Below are positions 11,949 through 25,561 of a stretch of 64,000 bases of DNA, one piece after another (within the stretch, counting starts at the first letter, position 1; each line of letters starts with the position of its first letter). The position numbers were made by a program, and so were the translations under genes. The notes under the pieces were generated by a model, which saw only the letters and a program-made list of their open reading frames with translations, did not search any database and was not told the origin of the DNA. This DNA is from Tubiluchus corallicola (taxonomy: Eukaryota; Animalia; Priapulida), in contig JAQGDQ010000319.1 in the NCBI GenBank assembly GCA_030141605.1, positions 1-64,000 of the forward strand, given 5' to 3'.

Positions 11949-13971
11949 TTTTTCGGTGAAGTTTTTGTATCGAACATTAAATAATTCATATTACGTAGTC
12001 GTGCTGTGACCTTTGCAGGGAAAATGACCATCGAAACACTTTGCTGATGGCTTCTTTACAATGACATTGTTTTCTAATCCATTACCTTGTGTGTATTTTC
12101 ACCTGGCATAATGTTCCGCTTATTGACCAGTAATCTAACATGATTTTGCCACACATTTGTTTTGTTTGCCCCACTTTTGTGCTAGACTACCTATGCCGAC
12201 TGTGTTTGCATCAGTAATTGTTCACTGAGATGTCGCTTTAATACTGAGTCTAATGGAATCGATTGCCAAATTGATCGAAAAAATCATTCTATGGAATGCA
12301 GATACCTCGGCTCTTGTCATTGCACATTAGTTTTTTAATTAATAAAACTAGCCTATTATGGAATGCAGATACCTCGGCTCTTGTCATTGCACATTAGTTT
12401 TTTAATTAATAAAACTAGCCTATTTCAAAGATGGCTCTCAATGCTCTGATGCCACTTGTAGTGGGTCTGATGCCACTTGTAGTGGGTGTACTTTTGCTAT
12501 TTCAGTGGTTTCATTGTAAGTGTTATGGTATTCCCAGGTTTTGATGCTCATATTTTAGATAGCAAATATTGAAAAATTGACTTGGTTTTTTCTGACTTGG
12601 TCATCGTCCATCTAAACTATTTGTTCTTGGTTTATGACCTTTACTTGTCTCAAATTTTATTGAAATTCACCCCAAATCATTTTAAGGTATCTTAGGCACT
12701 TTCAGTAGACACTCAGATTGAAATTGTTACTAATTGTTACTAGTGTCAATGAGCAAAAGTTCATTCAACTGCGTGATCAATTGGTGGTCCAGTAAGCCTT
12801 TTCACAGTTTTGTTGTGCGCACGCCCAGTTGCTGTAGGTCAATGGTTAAGCGAATAACAGCATTGTATCTTAGCTACAATTGTCACGTGACATGTGGGTA
12901 AAGCAAAGCCGCCTGTTGCATCAATTCAGTAACTTCAGTTGTTTTATATGAACTTTACTTTAATATACATTAGTAATCTCTGCGTACAGTGACTTATTAC
13001 TGGGATCTTACTTGGGAACAAGAAAAAATGAACTAGGTAAGATTCTAGTTTGCTGTTAAAATGGTTACTATTACAACAACATGGGCTGTGAGGTGTTGTC
13101 AAGTGTACACAAATGCGTTGTCCAATATACTTAACTGCTGATCTATTCCCGATCATCATCAGTCGCTGGAACTGTGAAAGTCTTATTATGCAGACCTCGC
13201 TGAATAAAAGCTGGCATTTTGTATCTAAGTATTTATTGAACTTGTTAAACCACTGCAGCTGGTTTAAAATTGAATGAATTGTAAATACAATAAGGATTTT
13301 CACTAAATGACATCGTTGTTTAATTTGTGCACAACCTGATTTGCGTGATACACTTACATTTATGAAATTTTTAAGTAAATTTGCACTAAACTGCACGCAA
13401 AATTGGTTGGTTACACTGCAAAACTCTTTTCAGTTTAGTTATTTTATTGCAGCGCAAAGAAACAAATGTTTATTACGATGACTGATATATTCACACAATA
13501 CATAATCAGCAGTAATGTCACCTGTTCTGCTATGAGTACATGCCAGCTGTATGACATCTAAGTGTAAAGTGAAACAACAAAACACAGCTAAACAATAGAA
13601 CATGGAATACAATAGAATAAATATATTTAACAACGACTAGTCAGTGAATTATTACCACGCCAGCCAAACTTATTGCAACCAATCAAAACTGCATAGACAC
13701 AGTACAATAATTATTTGTGAAGGTTGTTGTATGGAATAGGGTGGTGCGAGTGCTTTCTTGTCTTCCTCGTACAAGTGGCTACCATAATTGACAATGTTAA
13801 TATGTAACTATAAGCGGGATGTAATTAGAAAGCTAGTGAAGTCTATAATGCAATTACTACATCACTGTGATATTGCAGTACCTGAACACTTCAACGTTTC
13901 GAACAATTAAAAAACATTTTGTCAGTGAAATTCATGTAATACAAGTAATCTTTTTATTTTCATGCCTGTGT

Positions 13972-15386
13972 TTAACGAGCGTTACAACTTACAACATTAC
14001 AACTCATAAATTTCTTGTAAACAAATTCGACAATAATTGTAAACAGTGCAACACTGATTCCAGATATCAAAACCCAGAAAACAACGTCAAGTTGCTCCAC
14101 ATTAATTGATAATGTACCTATTTGTTGCTTGGGTGAGTCTAAACATGTTTTCGATGGCTGCATTAATTGTTCTAGCAGTTTGTCTACAAGGCCATGTTCT
14201 TTTAGTGTAAGAAGAGCAAAATTTAGCACTTCTGTATAGTTGCTTTTCTTTGGTACAACTAATCCTGATGATCTCAAAAAACTTGAAGACAGGGCGATGG
14301 AAAATCTACATTTTCTGTGTAAATCATAGTCCCGTATTAAGTGTAACTTTGCATATCGTTCTTGTATAAAGAATGTATATTTACCAGTAGATGTCAGCTC
14401 TAATGCCGATTCTGCATTGTCGGCAGGTACATTAGGATCCATTTTCATTCTCTGCCACAGTTGTCTATATACTGGCCTCTTTTTCATTTCTCTGGTGGAG
14501 CTGTATTGACCTATTGTAACTGGGGTTATGTCGCTGTTTATTAACTCTTGCAATATATTGAACGGATAAACTTGCTTGCTTACAAGTAATTTACTAACCA
14601 GCGTGCCTGTGTACATGGCTGTGATGATGCAAGCAAAAATCCACCACCATCCAATTAGCATCCTGGCAGATAAACGCTGTGGTAGGTATGTTCCACCTTG
14701 TTGAAGGTATGACGATAATGTGTACTGAGTAAAGTATGCCTTACTTTTGTTCTTTGTCCTCAGTTCTTTCTGTTTTCTTTGGCAATTCCCAGATCTTTTA
14801 CCTCTTTTTGGATTGTACAGTTGCTTTTCGCTATAGTCAATGTAGTAAAGTATCAGCCCTACAGCTATGCCATATAATACCAGAAGCAACCACACGAGTG
14901 TGGAGAATGGGTCTGTTATACTGAAACCTTGTAATTGATGTCTTTTTGTGATAAACACGTGAGAATCATAAGCAATTGGATGAAGAAACGTCATAGTTTT
15001 TGTTCTTTCTGGTAGCATTGTGTATAATCCAAGAAACAAGTCGAATTCTCCGGTATCGATCACATTATCTGGAGCTTCATTTAGTTTAAGGTATGAAATT
15101 TTATATGTAAAATTTGCTGCTTCACTGAGCATCATAAGCAGCTGGTCCAAAAATGGCCTCATGGAATCGACTCTCCACATTGCCACCCCCGAAGCATTGC
15201 TCCATGAAGTGAGTAACTGTGTCTGCTGGAGTTTTTGCTATAAAATATCTGCAAATTATTGCGATTATACAAGCTCTTGCAATTTTCAGCTCTTGTTTCT
15301 GTTGTACACAAAGTTCTATCCATGCAAAAACATTCAAAGAAATAAAAAACGATGGCACAAATTTTGAGAAATGATGCAAGTGACAT
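13972..15386 (-). pseudogene. iGluR/IR-like copy 3, frameshifted near the N-terminus
   Basis: The C run at 15186-15190 has 5 C versus 3 C in copies 5-7, splitting the gene into ORFs 15159-15428 and 13972-15186. The rest is intact. Confidence 0.78.
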
Positions 15387-16737
15387 TTTTCCGTTGGAAG
15401 TTATAATCCTAAATTTTAACTGATTCACATTATGCAGTCGTGATGTGCCTTATGCAGGGAAGTTAACCATGAAAACTTTTTCTGCTGATTTCTTCTCCTG
15501 CTATGCCAATGTGTTATAGTTGATTGCTTTGTATATATACTTGCATTAAACATAATAGTGTACTTGCTAATTCACTTGGTACTTGCTACATGCTTGTTTT
15601 GTCTGTCATATTTTCTGATGTTTAATTACCTTTCTCGTGTTGCCATCTGTGTTAACATTACCACCGAGTTAATGTTACAACAACACCTAGCCTGACAACG
15701 TGTTGCAAAGGAGAATTCTGCGAACTGTACACCTTTGAAAATGTTATTGCCTATGTGAGGTGTTAAAAGATATGGCTATTTGTGTTCGACACAAGTGCTG
15801 GCTGAAGCAGAAACTGTGTAGGCACAAATATACTATTGCTAAAGTTTACCGTGATGTGCAAACTGCAAACTGTGAAACCTCAGCATAAAGCGAAACAACA
15901 TAACCCGGCCAAACAACAGAATATGGAATAGAATAGATTTATTTAACAAATACCAGTCAGTGAATAATTACCACACCAGCCAAACTTATTGCAACCAATC
16001 AAAACTGTGTAGACACAGTACAATAATTATTTGTGAAGGTTGTTGAACGGAATAAGGAGGAGCGAGTGCTTTCTAGTCTTCCTCCTACATGTGGCTACCA
16101 TAATTGACAATGTTAATATGTAACTATAAGTTGGATGTAATTAGAAAGCTAGTGAAGTTTATAATGCAATTACTACTTCACTGTGATATTGCAGTACCTG
16201 AACACTTCGAAATTTCGAACAATTAAAAAACTTTGGAAAAACTATTCTTAGATACTAACACTAATTTCTAAATACTATACATCTAGAACACGTCTACTGA
16301 ATATATTATGATTAATGATCAAATAGAGTTTGTCTAAACAATTTTCTAATTTACTTAAATTAAATTAGTTTAAATTGTTCAGTTTTGGATCCAAAGAGTT
16401 GAAACGATGCCGTGCAAATGTACAATGAATCCACTAAAATGACACCTATGTGATACCTAATGTGAAATTCAAATTCGAAACTTGTCAGCTACAGTTATAA
16501 TACACTGTTGAACGTATGAATGTCTGGTACAAATTTACATATTCATGAATGTATGTTGGCAGATTAAAAATGCTCATGTAGGCAGTCATAACGATACATC
16601 TATAAGTTAACGCGGTAACCTAACTGTATGATTCAATTCTATGTTTTTAGACCATATACAAGTGGATTTTAACTACATTTTGTCAGTTAAATTCATGTAA
16701 TTCAAGTAATCTTATTATATTATTTTTTTGCCTGCAT

Positions 16738-18231
16738 TTAACGAGCATTGCAACTTACAACACTACAACACATAAGTTTCTTGTAAACGAATTCAACAAT
16801 AATTGTAAACAGTGCAACACTGATGCCAGATATCAAAACCCAGAAAACAACGTCAAGTTGCTCCGCATTAATTGATAATGTACCTATTTGTTGCTTGGGC
16901 GATTCTAAACATGTTTTCGATGGCTGCGTTAATTGTTCTAGCAGTTTGTCTACAAGGCCATGTTCTTTTAGTGTAAGAAGAGCAAAATTTAGTACTTCTG
17001 TATAGTTGCTTTTCTTTGGTACACCTAATGCTGATGGTGTCGAAAAAGTTGAAGACAGGGCGATGGAAAATCTGCATTTTCCACATAATTCATAGTCCTT
17101 TATTAAAAACAGTTTTACATAAATCTTTTGTGTAAAGAATGTGTATTTACCACTAGATGTCAGCTCTTGCATTGTCGGCAGGTACATTGGGATCCATTTT
17201 CATTCTCTGCCACAGTTCTCTGTATTCTGGCCTCTCTTTCATTTGCATGGTGGAGCTGTGCTGACCTATTGTAACTGGGATGATGTCGCTGTCTATTAAC
17301 TCTTGCAATGTACTGAATGGATAAACTTGCTTGATTACAAATAGTTTACTAACCAGTGTGCCTGTGTACATGGCTGTGATGATGCAAGCGAAAATCCACC
17401 ACCATCCAATAAGCATCCTAGCAGATAAATGCTGTGGTAGGTATGTTCCACCTTGTTGAAGGTATGACGATAATGTGTACTGAGTAAAGTATGCCTTACT
17501 TTGTTTCTTTGTCTTCGGTTCTTTCTGTTTTCTTTGGCAATTCCTGGATCTTTTACCTCTTTTTGTATTGTACAGCTGCTTTTCACTATAGTCAATGCAG
17601 TAAAGTATCAGCGTATCAGCCCTACAGCTATGCCATATAATACCAGAAGCAACCACACAGGTGTGGAAAATGGGTCTGTTATACTGAAACCTTGTAATTG
17701 GTGTCTTTTTGTGATAAACACGTGAGGAGTATAAGCAATTGGGTGAAGAAATGTCGTAGTTTTTGTTCTTTCTGGTAACATTGTATTTAAATCCAGTATC
17801 AAGTCGTATTCTCCAGTTTCGACTGCTTTTTCCACAGGTGCCAAATTTTTCATGTATTTCACCTTGTATGTGAAGTTTGCCACTTCGCTGAGCATCAAAA
17901 CCAGCTGATCTAGAAATGGCTTCATGGGGTTGTCTCTCCACATTCCCAGTCGCAGCTTTGCTCCATGAAGTGAGTAACTGTGTCTGCTGGAGTTTTTGCC
18001 ATGAAATGCATAGAAATTATATTCATTACTGTGAAAACTACCGGCTTTTGCCTCAGCTTGACACAAAGTTCCACTGATGCAAAAACATTCAAGGAAATAA
18101 AAAACTATGGCCCACGATTTGAAAAATGATGCATTCCTTCGTTGCATTTTTGCTGGTGAAGTTTTTGTATCGAACGTTAAATAATTCATATTACGTAGTC
18201 GTGCTGTGCCCTTTGCAGGGAAAATGACCAT
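16738..18231 (-). pseudogene. iGluR/IR-like copy 4, two frameshifts
   Basis: 8-bp duplication GTATCAGC (17605-17620) and an 11-bp deletion at about 17167 relative to copy 1 give three ORF fragments. Confidence 0.87.
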
Positions 18232-20518
18232 AGAAACGCTTTGCTGATGGCTCCTTTACAATGGCATTGTTTTCTAATCCATTACCTTGTCTGTATTTTC
18301 ACCTGACATAATGTTCCGCATATTGACCAGTAATCTAACATTATTTTGCCACACATTTGTTTTGTTTGCCCCACTTTTGTGCTAGACTACCTATGCCGAC
18401 TGTGTTTGCATTAGTAATTGTTCACTGAGATGTCGCTTTAATACTGAGTCTAATGGAATCGATTGCCAAGTGGATCGAAAAAGTCATTCTATAGAATGCA
18501 GATACCTCAGCTCTTGTCATTGCACGTTAGTTTTTTAATTAATAAAACTTGTGTATTTCAAAGATGGCTCTCAGTGCTTTGATGCCACTTAAAGTGGGCA
18601 GATCTGTTATGCTATTTCAGTGGTTTCATTGTAAGTGTTATGGTATTCTCAGGTTTTGAAGTTTATATTTTAGATAGCAAATATTGAAAATTTGACTTGG
18701 TCTTGTTTCTGACTCAGTCATCGTCCATCTAAACCATTTGTTTTTGGTTTATGACCTTTACTTGTCTCAAATTTTATTAAAATTCACCCAAAACATTTTA
18801 AGGTACCTTAGGCACTGGCAGTAGACACTCAGATTGAAATTGTTACTAATTGTTACTGGTGTCAATGAACAAAAGTTCATTCAACTGTGTGATCAATTGG
18901 TGGTCCAATAAGCCTTTTCACAGTTTTGTTGTGTGCACGCCCAGTTGCTGTAGGTCAATCGTTAAGTGAATAACAGCAACGTGTCTTTGCTACATTTGTC
19001 ACGTGACATGCGGATAAAGCAAACCTGTCAGCCACATCAATTCAGTAACTTCAGTTGTTTTACGTGGACTTTGCTTCATTACGCATTAGTAATCTCTGTG
19101 TAGGAAGACCTTTTACCAGGATCTTGCTTGGGAACAAGAAAAAATGAACTAGGTAAGCTTCTAGTTAGCTGTTAAAGTGACTACTATTACAGTAACATGC
19201 ACTGTGAGGTGTTGTCAAGTGTACACAAATGCATTGTCTAATATACTTAACTGCTGACCTATTCCCGATCATCATCAATCGCTGGAACTGTGAAAGTCTT
19301 TTTATGCAGACCTTGCTGAATAACAGCTGGCATTTTGTATCTAAGTATTTATTGAACTTTTAAACCACTGCAGCTGGTTTAAAATTGAATGAATTGTAAT
19401 TACAATAAGGATTTTCACTAAATGACATCGTTGTTTAATTTGTGCACAACCTGATTTGCATGATAAACTTACATTTATGAGATTTTTAAGTAAATTTGCA
19501 CTAAACTGCACACGAAATTGGTTGGTTACACTGCAAAACTCTTTTCAGTTTAGTATTTTATTGCAAAGAAACAAATGTTTATTACGATGACTGATATATT
19601 CACACAATACATAAGCAACAGTAATGTCACCTGATCTGCTATGAGTACATGCGAGCTGTATGACATCTAAGTGTAACGTGACACAAGAAAACATAGTTAA
19701 ACAATAGAATATGGAATAGAATAGAATAAATATATTTAACAAAGACCAGTCAGTGAATTGTTACCACGCTAGCCAAACTTATTTCAACCTATCAAAACTG
19801 CGTAGACACAGTACAATAATTCTTTGAGAAGGTTGTTGTACGGAATAAGGTGGAGCGAGTGCTTTCTAGTCTTCCTCCTACATGTGGCTACCATAATTGA
19901 CAATGTTAATATGTAACTATAAGTTGGTTGTAATTAGAAAGCTAGTCAAGTTTATAATGCAATTACTATATCACTGTGATATTGCAGTGCCTGAACACTT
20001 CGACATTTCGAACAGTTAAAAAACTTTGGAAAAACTATTCTTAGATACTAACACTAATTTCTAAATACTATACATCTAAAACACGTCTACTGAATATATT
20101 ATGATTAATGATCAAATAGAGTTTGTCTAACCAATTTTCTAATTTACTTAAATTAAATTAGTTTAAATTGTTCAGCTTTGGATCAAAAGAGTTGAAACGA
20201 GACCGTGCAAATGTACAATAAATCCACTAAAATGACACCTATGCAATACCTAATGTGAAATTCGAAACTTGTCAGCTACAGTTATAACACACTGTTGAAT
20301 GTATGAATTTCTGGTACAAATTTACATATTCATGTATGTATGTCGGCAGATTAATGTAGGCAGTCATAACCATATATCTATAAGTTAACGCAGTAACATA
20401 ACTGTAGTACTGTAAAATTCAATTCTATATTTTTAGACCATATACATGTGGATTTTAACTACATTTTGTTGGATAAATTCATGTAATTCAAGTAATCTTT
20501 TTATTTTTATGCCTGCAT

Positions 20519-21973
20519 TTAACAAGCATTACAACTTACAACACTACAACTCATAAATTTCTTGTAAACGAATTCGACAATAATTATTAACAGTGCAACA
20601 CTGATGCCAGATATCAAAAGCCAGAAAACAACGTCAAGTTGCTCCACATTAATTGATAATGTGTCTACTTGTTGCTTGGGCGAGTCTAAACATGTTTTCG
20701 ATGGCTGCATTAATTGTTCTAGCAGTTCGTCTAGAAGGCCATGTTCTTTTAGTGTAAGAAGAGCAAAATTTAGCACTTCTGTATAGTTACTTTTCTTTGG
20801 TACAACTAATGCTGATGATGTTAAAAAAGTTGAAGACAGGGCGATGGAAAATCTGCATTTTCGGTACAATTCATAATCCTTTATTAAATACAGTTTTGCA
20901 TAAGTCTCACTTACAAAGTATGTGTATTTACCAGTATATGTCAGCTTTAATGCTGTCTCTGCATTATTAGCAGGTACGTTAGGATCCATTCTCATTCTCT
21001 GCCACAATTGTTTATATTCTGGTCTCTCTTTCATTTGCAAGGTGGAGATGAACTGACCTATTGTAACAGGGATTATTTCGCCGTCTATTAACTCTTGTAA
21101 TGTACTGAATGGATAAACTTGCTTGCTTACAAATAGTTTACTAATCAGGGTACCCGTGTATAGGGCTGTGATGATGCAAGCAAAAATCCACCACCATCCA
21201 ATAAGCATCCTAGCGGATAAACGCTGTGGTAGGTATGTTCCACCTTGTTGCAGGTATGACGATAATGTGTACCGAGTAAAGTATGCCTTACTTTGTTTCT
21301 TTGTCTTCGGTTTTTCCAGTTTTCTTTGACAGTTGCTGCATTGTCTCATCACTTCTTTCTTGTACAGCTGCTTTTCACTATTGTCAATGCAGCAAAGTAT
21401 TGGCCCGACAGCTATGCCGTATAGTACCAGAAGCAACCACACAGGTGTGGAGAATGGGTCTGTTATACTGAAACCTTGTAATTGGTGTCTTTTTGTAATA
21501 AACACGTGTGAATTATAAGCAATTGGGTGAAGAAACGTCATAGTTTTTGTTCTTTCTGGTAGCATTGTGAGTAACCCAAGTAACAAGTCGAATTCTCCGG
21601 TATCGATCACATTATCTGGAGCTTCATTTAGCTTAAGGTATGAAATTTTATATATAAAGTTTGCTGATTCACTGAGCATCACAAGCAGCTGGTCCAAAAA
21701 TGGCTTCACGGGGTCGTCTCTCCACATTGCCACCCGAAGCATTGCCCCATGAAGTGAGTAACTGTGTCTGCTGGAGTTTTTGCCATGAAATGCATAGAAA
21801 TTATATTCATTACTGTGAAAACTACTGGCTTTTGCCTCGGTTTGACACAAAGTTCCACTGATGCAAAAACATTCAAGGAAATAAAAAACTATGGCCCACG
21901 ATTTGAAAAATGATGCAGGCCTTCGTTGCATTTTTGCTGGTGAAGTTTTTGTATCGAACGTTAAATAATTCAT
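20519..21973 (-). CDS. iGluR/IR-like protein, copy 5 (intact; likely start 21931)
   Basis: 484-aa ORF with the same architecture; M3 reads LYTGTLISKL. Confidence 0.9.
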   Translation of the reverse strand: MNYLTFDTKTSPAKMQRRPASFFKSWAIVFYFLECFCISGTLCQTEAKASSFHSNEYNFYAFHGKNSSRHSYSLHGAMLRVAMWRDDPVKPFLDQLLVMLSESANFIYKISYLKLNEAPDNVIDTGEFDLLLGLLTMLPERTKTMTFLHPIAYNSHVFITKRHQLQGFSITDPFSTPVWLLLVLYGIAVGPILCCIDNSEKQLYKKEVMRQCSNCQRKLEKPKTKKQSKAYFTRYTLSSYLQQGGTYLPQRLSARMLIGWWWIFACIITALYTGTLISKLFVSKQVYPFSTLQELIDGEIIPVTIGQFISTLQMKERPEYKQLWQRMRMDPNVPANNAETALKLTYTGKYTYFVSETYAKLYLIKDYELYRKCRFSIALSSTFLTSSALVVPKKSNYTEVLNFALLTLKEHGLLDELLEQLMQPSKTCLDSPKQQVDTLSINVEQLDVVFWLLISGISVALLIIIVEFVYKKFMSCSVVSCNAC

Positions 21974-24064
21974 ATTACGTAGTCGTGCTGTGCTGTGCCC
22001 TTTGCAGGGAAAATGACCATAGAAACGCTTTGCTGATGGCTCCTTTACAATGGCATTGTTTTCTAATCCATTACCTTGTCTGTATTTTCACCTGACATAA
22101 TGTTCCGCATATTGACCAGTAATCTAACATTATTTTGCCACACATTTGTTTTGTTTGCCCCACTTTTGTGCTGCCGACTGTGTAAGCATTAGTAATTGCT
22201 CACTGAGGTGTCGCTTTAATACTGAGTCTAATGGAATCGATTGCCAAATGGATCGAAAAAATCATTCTATAGAATGCAGATACCTCAGCTCTTGTCATTG
22301 CACGTTAGTTTTTTAATTAATAAAACTTGTGTATTTCAAAGATGGCTCTCAGTGCTCTGATGCCACTTGTAGTGGGTGGATCTGTTATGCTATTTCAGTG
22401 GTTTCATTGTAAGTGTTATGGTATTCTCAGGTTTTGTAGTTCATATTTTAGATAGCAAATATTGAAAAATTGACTTGGTCTTGTTTCTGACTCAGTCATC
22501 GTCCATCTAAACCATTTGTTTTTGGTTTATGACCTTTACTTGTCTCAAATTTTATTAAAATTCACCCAAAACACTTTAAGGTACCTTAGGCACTGGCAGT
22601 AGACACTCAGATTGAAATTGTTACTAATTGTTACTGGTGTCAATGAACAAAAGTTCATTCAACTGTGTGATCAATTGGTGGTCCAATAAGCCTTTTCACA
22701 GTTTTGTTGTGTGCACGCCCAGTTGCTGTAGGTCAATCGTTAAGTGAATAACAGCAACGTGTCTTTGCTACATTTGTCACGTGACATGCGGATAAAGCAA
22801 ACCTGTCAGCCACATCAATTCAGTAACTTCAGTTGTTTTACGTGGACTTTGCTTCATTACGCATTAGTAATCTCTGGGTACGGTGACTTATTACTGGGAT
22901 CTTACTTGGGAACAAGAAAAAATGAACTAGGTAAGCTTCTAGTTAGCTGTTAAAGTGACTACTATTACAGTAACATGCACTGTGAGGTGTTGTCAAGTGT
23001 ACACAAATGCATTGTCTAATATACTTAACTGCTGACCTATTCCCGATCATCATCAATCGCTGGAACTGTGAAAGTCTTTTTATGCAGACCTTGCTGAATA
23101 ACAGCTGGCATTTTGTATCTAAGTATTTATTGAACTTTTAAACCACCGCAGCTGGTTTAAAATTGAATGAATTGTAATTACAATAAGGATTTTCACTAAA
23201 TGACATCGTTGTTTAATTTGTGCACAACCTGATTTGCATGATAAACTTACATTTATGAGATTTTTAAGTAAATTTGCACTAAACTGCACACGAAATTGGT
23301 TGGTTACACTGCAAAACTCTTTTCAGTTTAGTATTTTATTGCAAAGAAACAAATGTTTATTACGATGACTGATATATTCACACAATACATAAGCAACAGT
23401 AATGTCACCTGATCTGCTATGAGTACATGCGAGCTGTATGACATCTAAGTGTAACGTGACACAAGAAAACATAGTTAAACAATAGAATATGGAATAGAAT
23501 AGAATAAATATATTTAACAAAGACCAGTCAGTGAATTATTACCATTCGACATTTCGAACAGTTAAAAAACTTTGGAAAAACTATTCTTAGATACTAACAC
23601 TAATTTCTAAATACTATACATCTAAAACACGTCTACTGAATATATTATGATTAATGATCAAATAGAGTTTGTCTAACCAATTTTCTAATTTACTTAAATT
23701 AAATTAGTTTAAATTGTTCAGCTTTGGATCAAAAGAGTTGAAACGAGACCATGCAAATGTACAATAAATCCACTAAAATGACACCTATGCAATACCTAAT
23801 GTGAAATTCGAAACTTGTCAGCTACAGTTATAACACACTGTTGAATGTATGAATTTCTGGTACAAATTTACATATTCATGTATGTATGTCGGCAGATTAA
23901 TGTAGGCAGTCATAACCATATATCTATAAGTTAACGCAGTAACATAACTGTAGTACTGTAAAATTCAATTCTATATTTTTAGACCATATACATGTGGATT
24001 TTAACTACATTTTGTTGGATAAATTCATGTAATTCAAGTAATCTTTTTATTTTTATGCCTGCAT

Positions 24065-25561
24065 TTAACAAGCATTACAACTTACAACACTACAACTCAT
24101 AAATTTCTTGTAAACGAATTCGACAATAATTATTAACAGTGCAACACTGATGCCAGATATCAAAAGCCAGAAAACAACGTCAAGTTGCTCCACATTAATT
24201 GATAATGTACCTACTTGTTGCTTGGGCGAGTCTAAACATGTTTTCGATGGCTGCATTAATTGTTCTAGCAGTTCGTCTAGAAGGCCATGTTCTTTTAGTG
24301 TAAGAAGAGCAACATTTAGCACTTCTGTATAGTTACTTTTCTTTGGTACAACTAATGCTGATGATGTTAAAAAAGTTGAAGACAGGGCGATGGAAAATCT
24401 GCATTTTCGGTACAATTCATAATCCTTTATTAAATACAGTTTTGCATAAGTCTCACTTACAAAGTATGCGTATTTACCAGTATATGTCAGCTTTAATGCT
24501 GTCTCTGCATTATTAGCAGGTACGTTAGGATCCATTCTCATTCTCTGCCACAATTGTTTATATTCTGGTCTCTCTTTCATTTGCATGGTGGAGATGAACT
24601 GACCTATTGTAACAGGGATTATTTCGCCGTCTATTAACTCTTGTAATGTACTGAATGGATAAACTTGCTTGCTTACAAATAGTTTACTAATCAGGGTACC
24701 CGTGTATAGGGCTGTGATGATGCAAGCAAAAATCCACCACCATCCAATAAGCATCCTAGCGGATAAACGCTGTGGTAGGTATGTTCCACCTTGTTGAAGG
24801 TATGACGATAATGTGTACCAAGTGAAGTATGCCTTACTTTTGTTCTTTGTCATCGGTTTTTCCAGTTTTCTTTGACAGTTACTGCATTGTCTCATCACTT
24901 CATTCTTGTACAGCTGCTTTTCACTATTGTCAATGTAGTAAAGTATTGGCCCGACAGCTGTGCCGTATAGTACCAGAAGCAACCACACAGGTGTGGAGAA
25001 TGGGTCTGTTATACTGAAACCTTGTAATTGGTGTCTTTTTGTAATAAACACGTGTGAATTATAAGCAATTGGGTGAAGAAACGTCATAGTTTTTCTTCTT
25101 TCTGGTAGCATTGTGAGTAACCCAAGTAACAAGTCGAATTCTCCGGTATCGATCACATTATCTGGAGCTTCATTTAGCTTAAGGTATGAAATTTTATATA
25201 TAAAGTTTGCTGATTCACTGAGCATCACAAGCAGCTGGTCCAAAAATGGCTTCACGGGGTCGTCTCTCCACATTGCCACCCGAAGCATTGCCCCATGAAG
25301 TGAGTAACTGTGTCTGCTGGAGTTTTTGCCATGAAATGCATAGAAATTATATTCATTACTGTGAAAACTACTGGCTTTTGCCTCGGTTTGACACAAAGTT
25401 CCACTGATGCAAAAACATTCAAGGAAATAAAAAACTATGGCCCACGATTTGAAAAATGATGCAGGTCTTCGTTGCATTTTTTCTGGTGAAGTTTTTGTAT
25501 CGAACGTTAAATAATTCATATTACGTAGTCGTGCTATACCCTTTGCAGGGAAAATGACCAT
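24065..25561 (-). CDS. iGluR/IR-like protein, copy 6 (intact; likely start 25477)
   Basis: 498-aa ORF, nearly identical to copy 5. Confidence 0.9.
   Translation of the reverse strand: MVIFPAKGIARLRNMNYLTFDTKTSPEKMQRRPASFFKSWAIVFYFLECFCISGTLCQTEAKASSFHSNEYNFYAFHGKNSSRHSYSLHGAMLRVAMWRDDPVKPFLDQLLVMLSESANFIYKISYLKLNEAPDNVIDTGEFDLLLGLLTMLPERRKTMTFLHPIAYNSHVFITKRHQLQGFSITDPFSTPVWLLLVLYGTAVGPILYYIDNSEKQLYKNEVMRQCSNCQRKLEKPMTKNKSKAYFTWYTLSSYLQQGGTYLPQRLSARMLIGWWWIFACIITALYTGTLISKLFVSKQVYPFSTLQELIDGEIIPVTIGQFISTMQMKERPEYKQLWQRMRMDPNVPANNAETALKLTYTGKYAYFVSETYAKLYLIKDYELYRKCRFSIALSSTFLTSSALVVPKKSNYTEVLNVALLTLKEHGLLDELLEQLMQPSKTCLDSPKQQVGTLSINVEQLDVVFWLLISGISVALLIIIVEFVYKKFMSCSVVSCNAC

Noticed and set aside
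9049-13396. Repeated 150-aa minus-strand spacer ORFs (9049-9501, 12944-13396) and 64-77-aa spacer ORFs
   Set aside because: Non-ATG starts and no recognisable domain. The 150-aa frame is broken in other spacer copies, and the similarity just reflects recent duplication.
16738-18231. Compensating frameshifts (+8, -11) restoring copy 4
   Set aside because: The net frame is restored, but a stop follows the first shift immediately at 17608, so no full-length product is possible.
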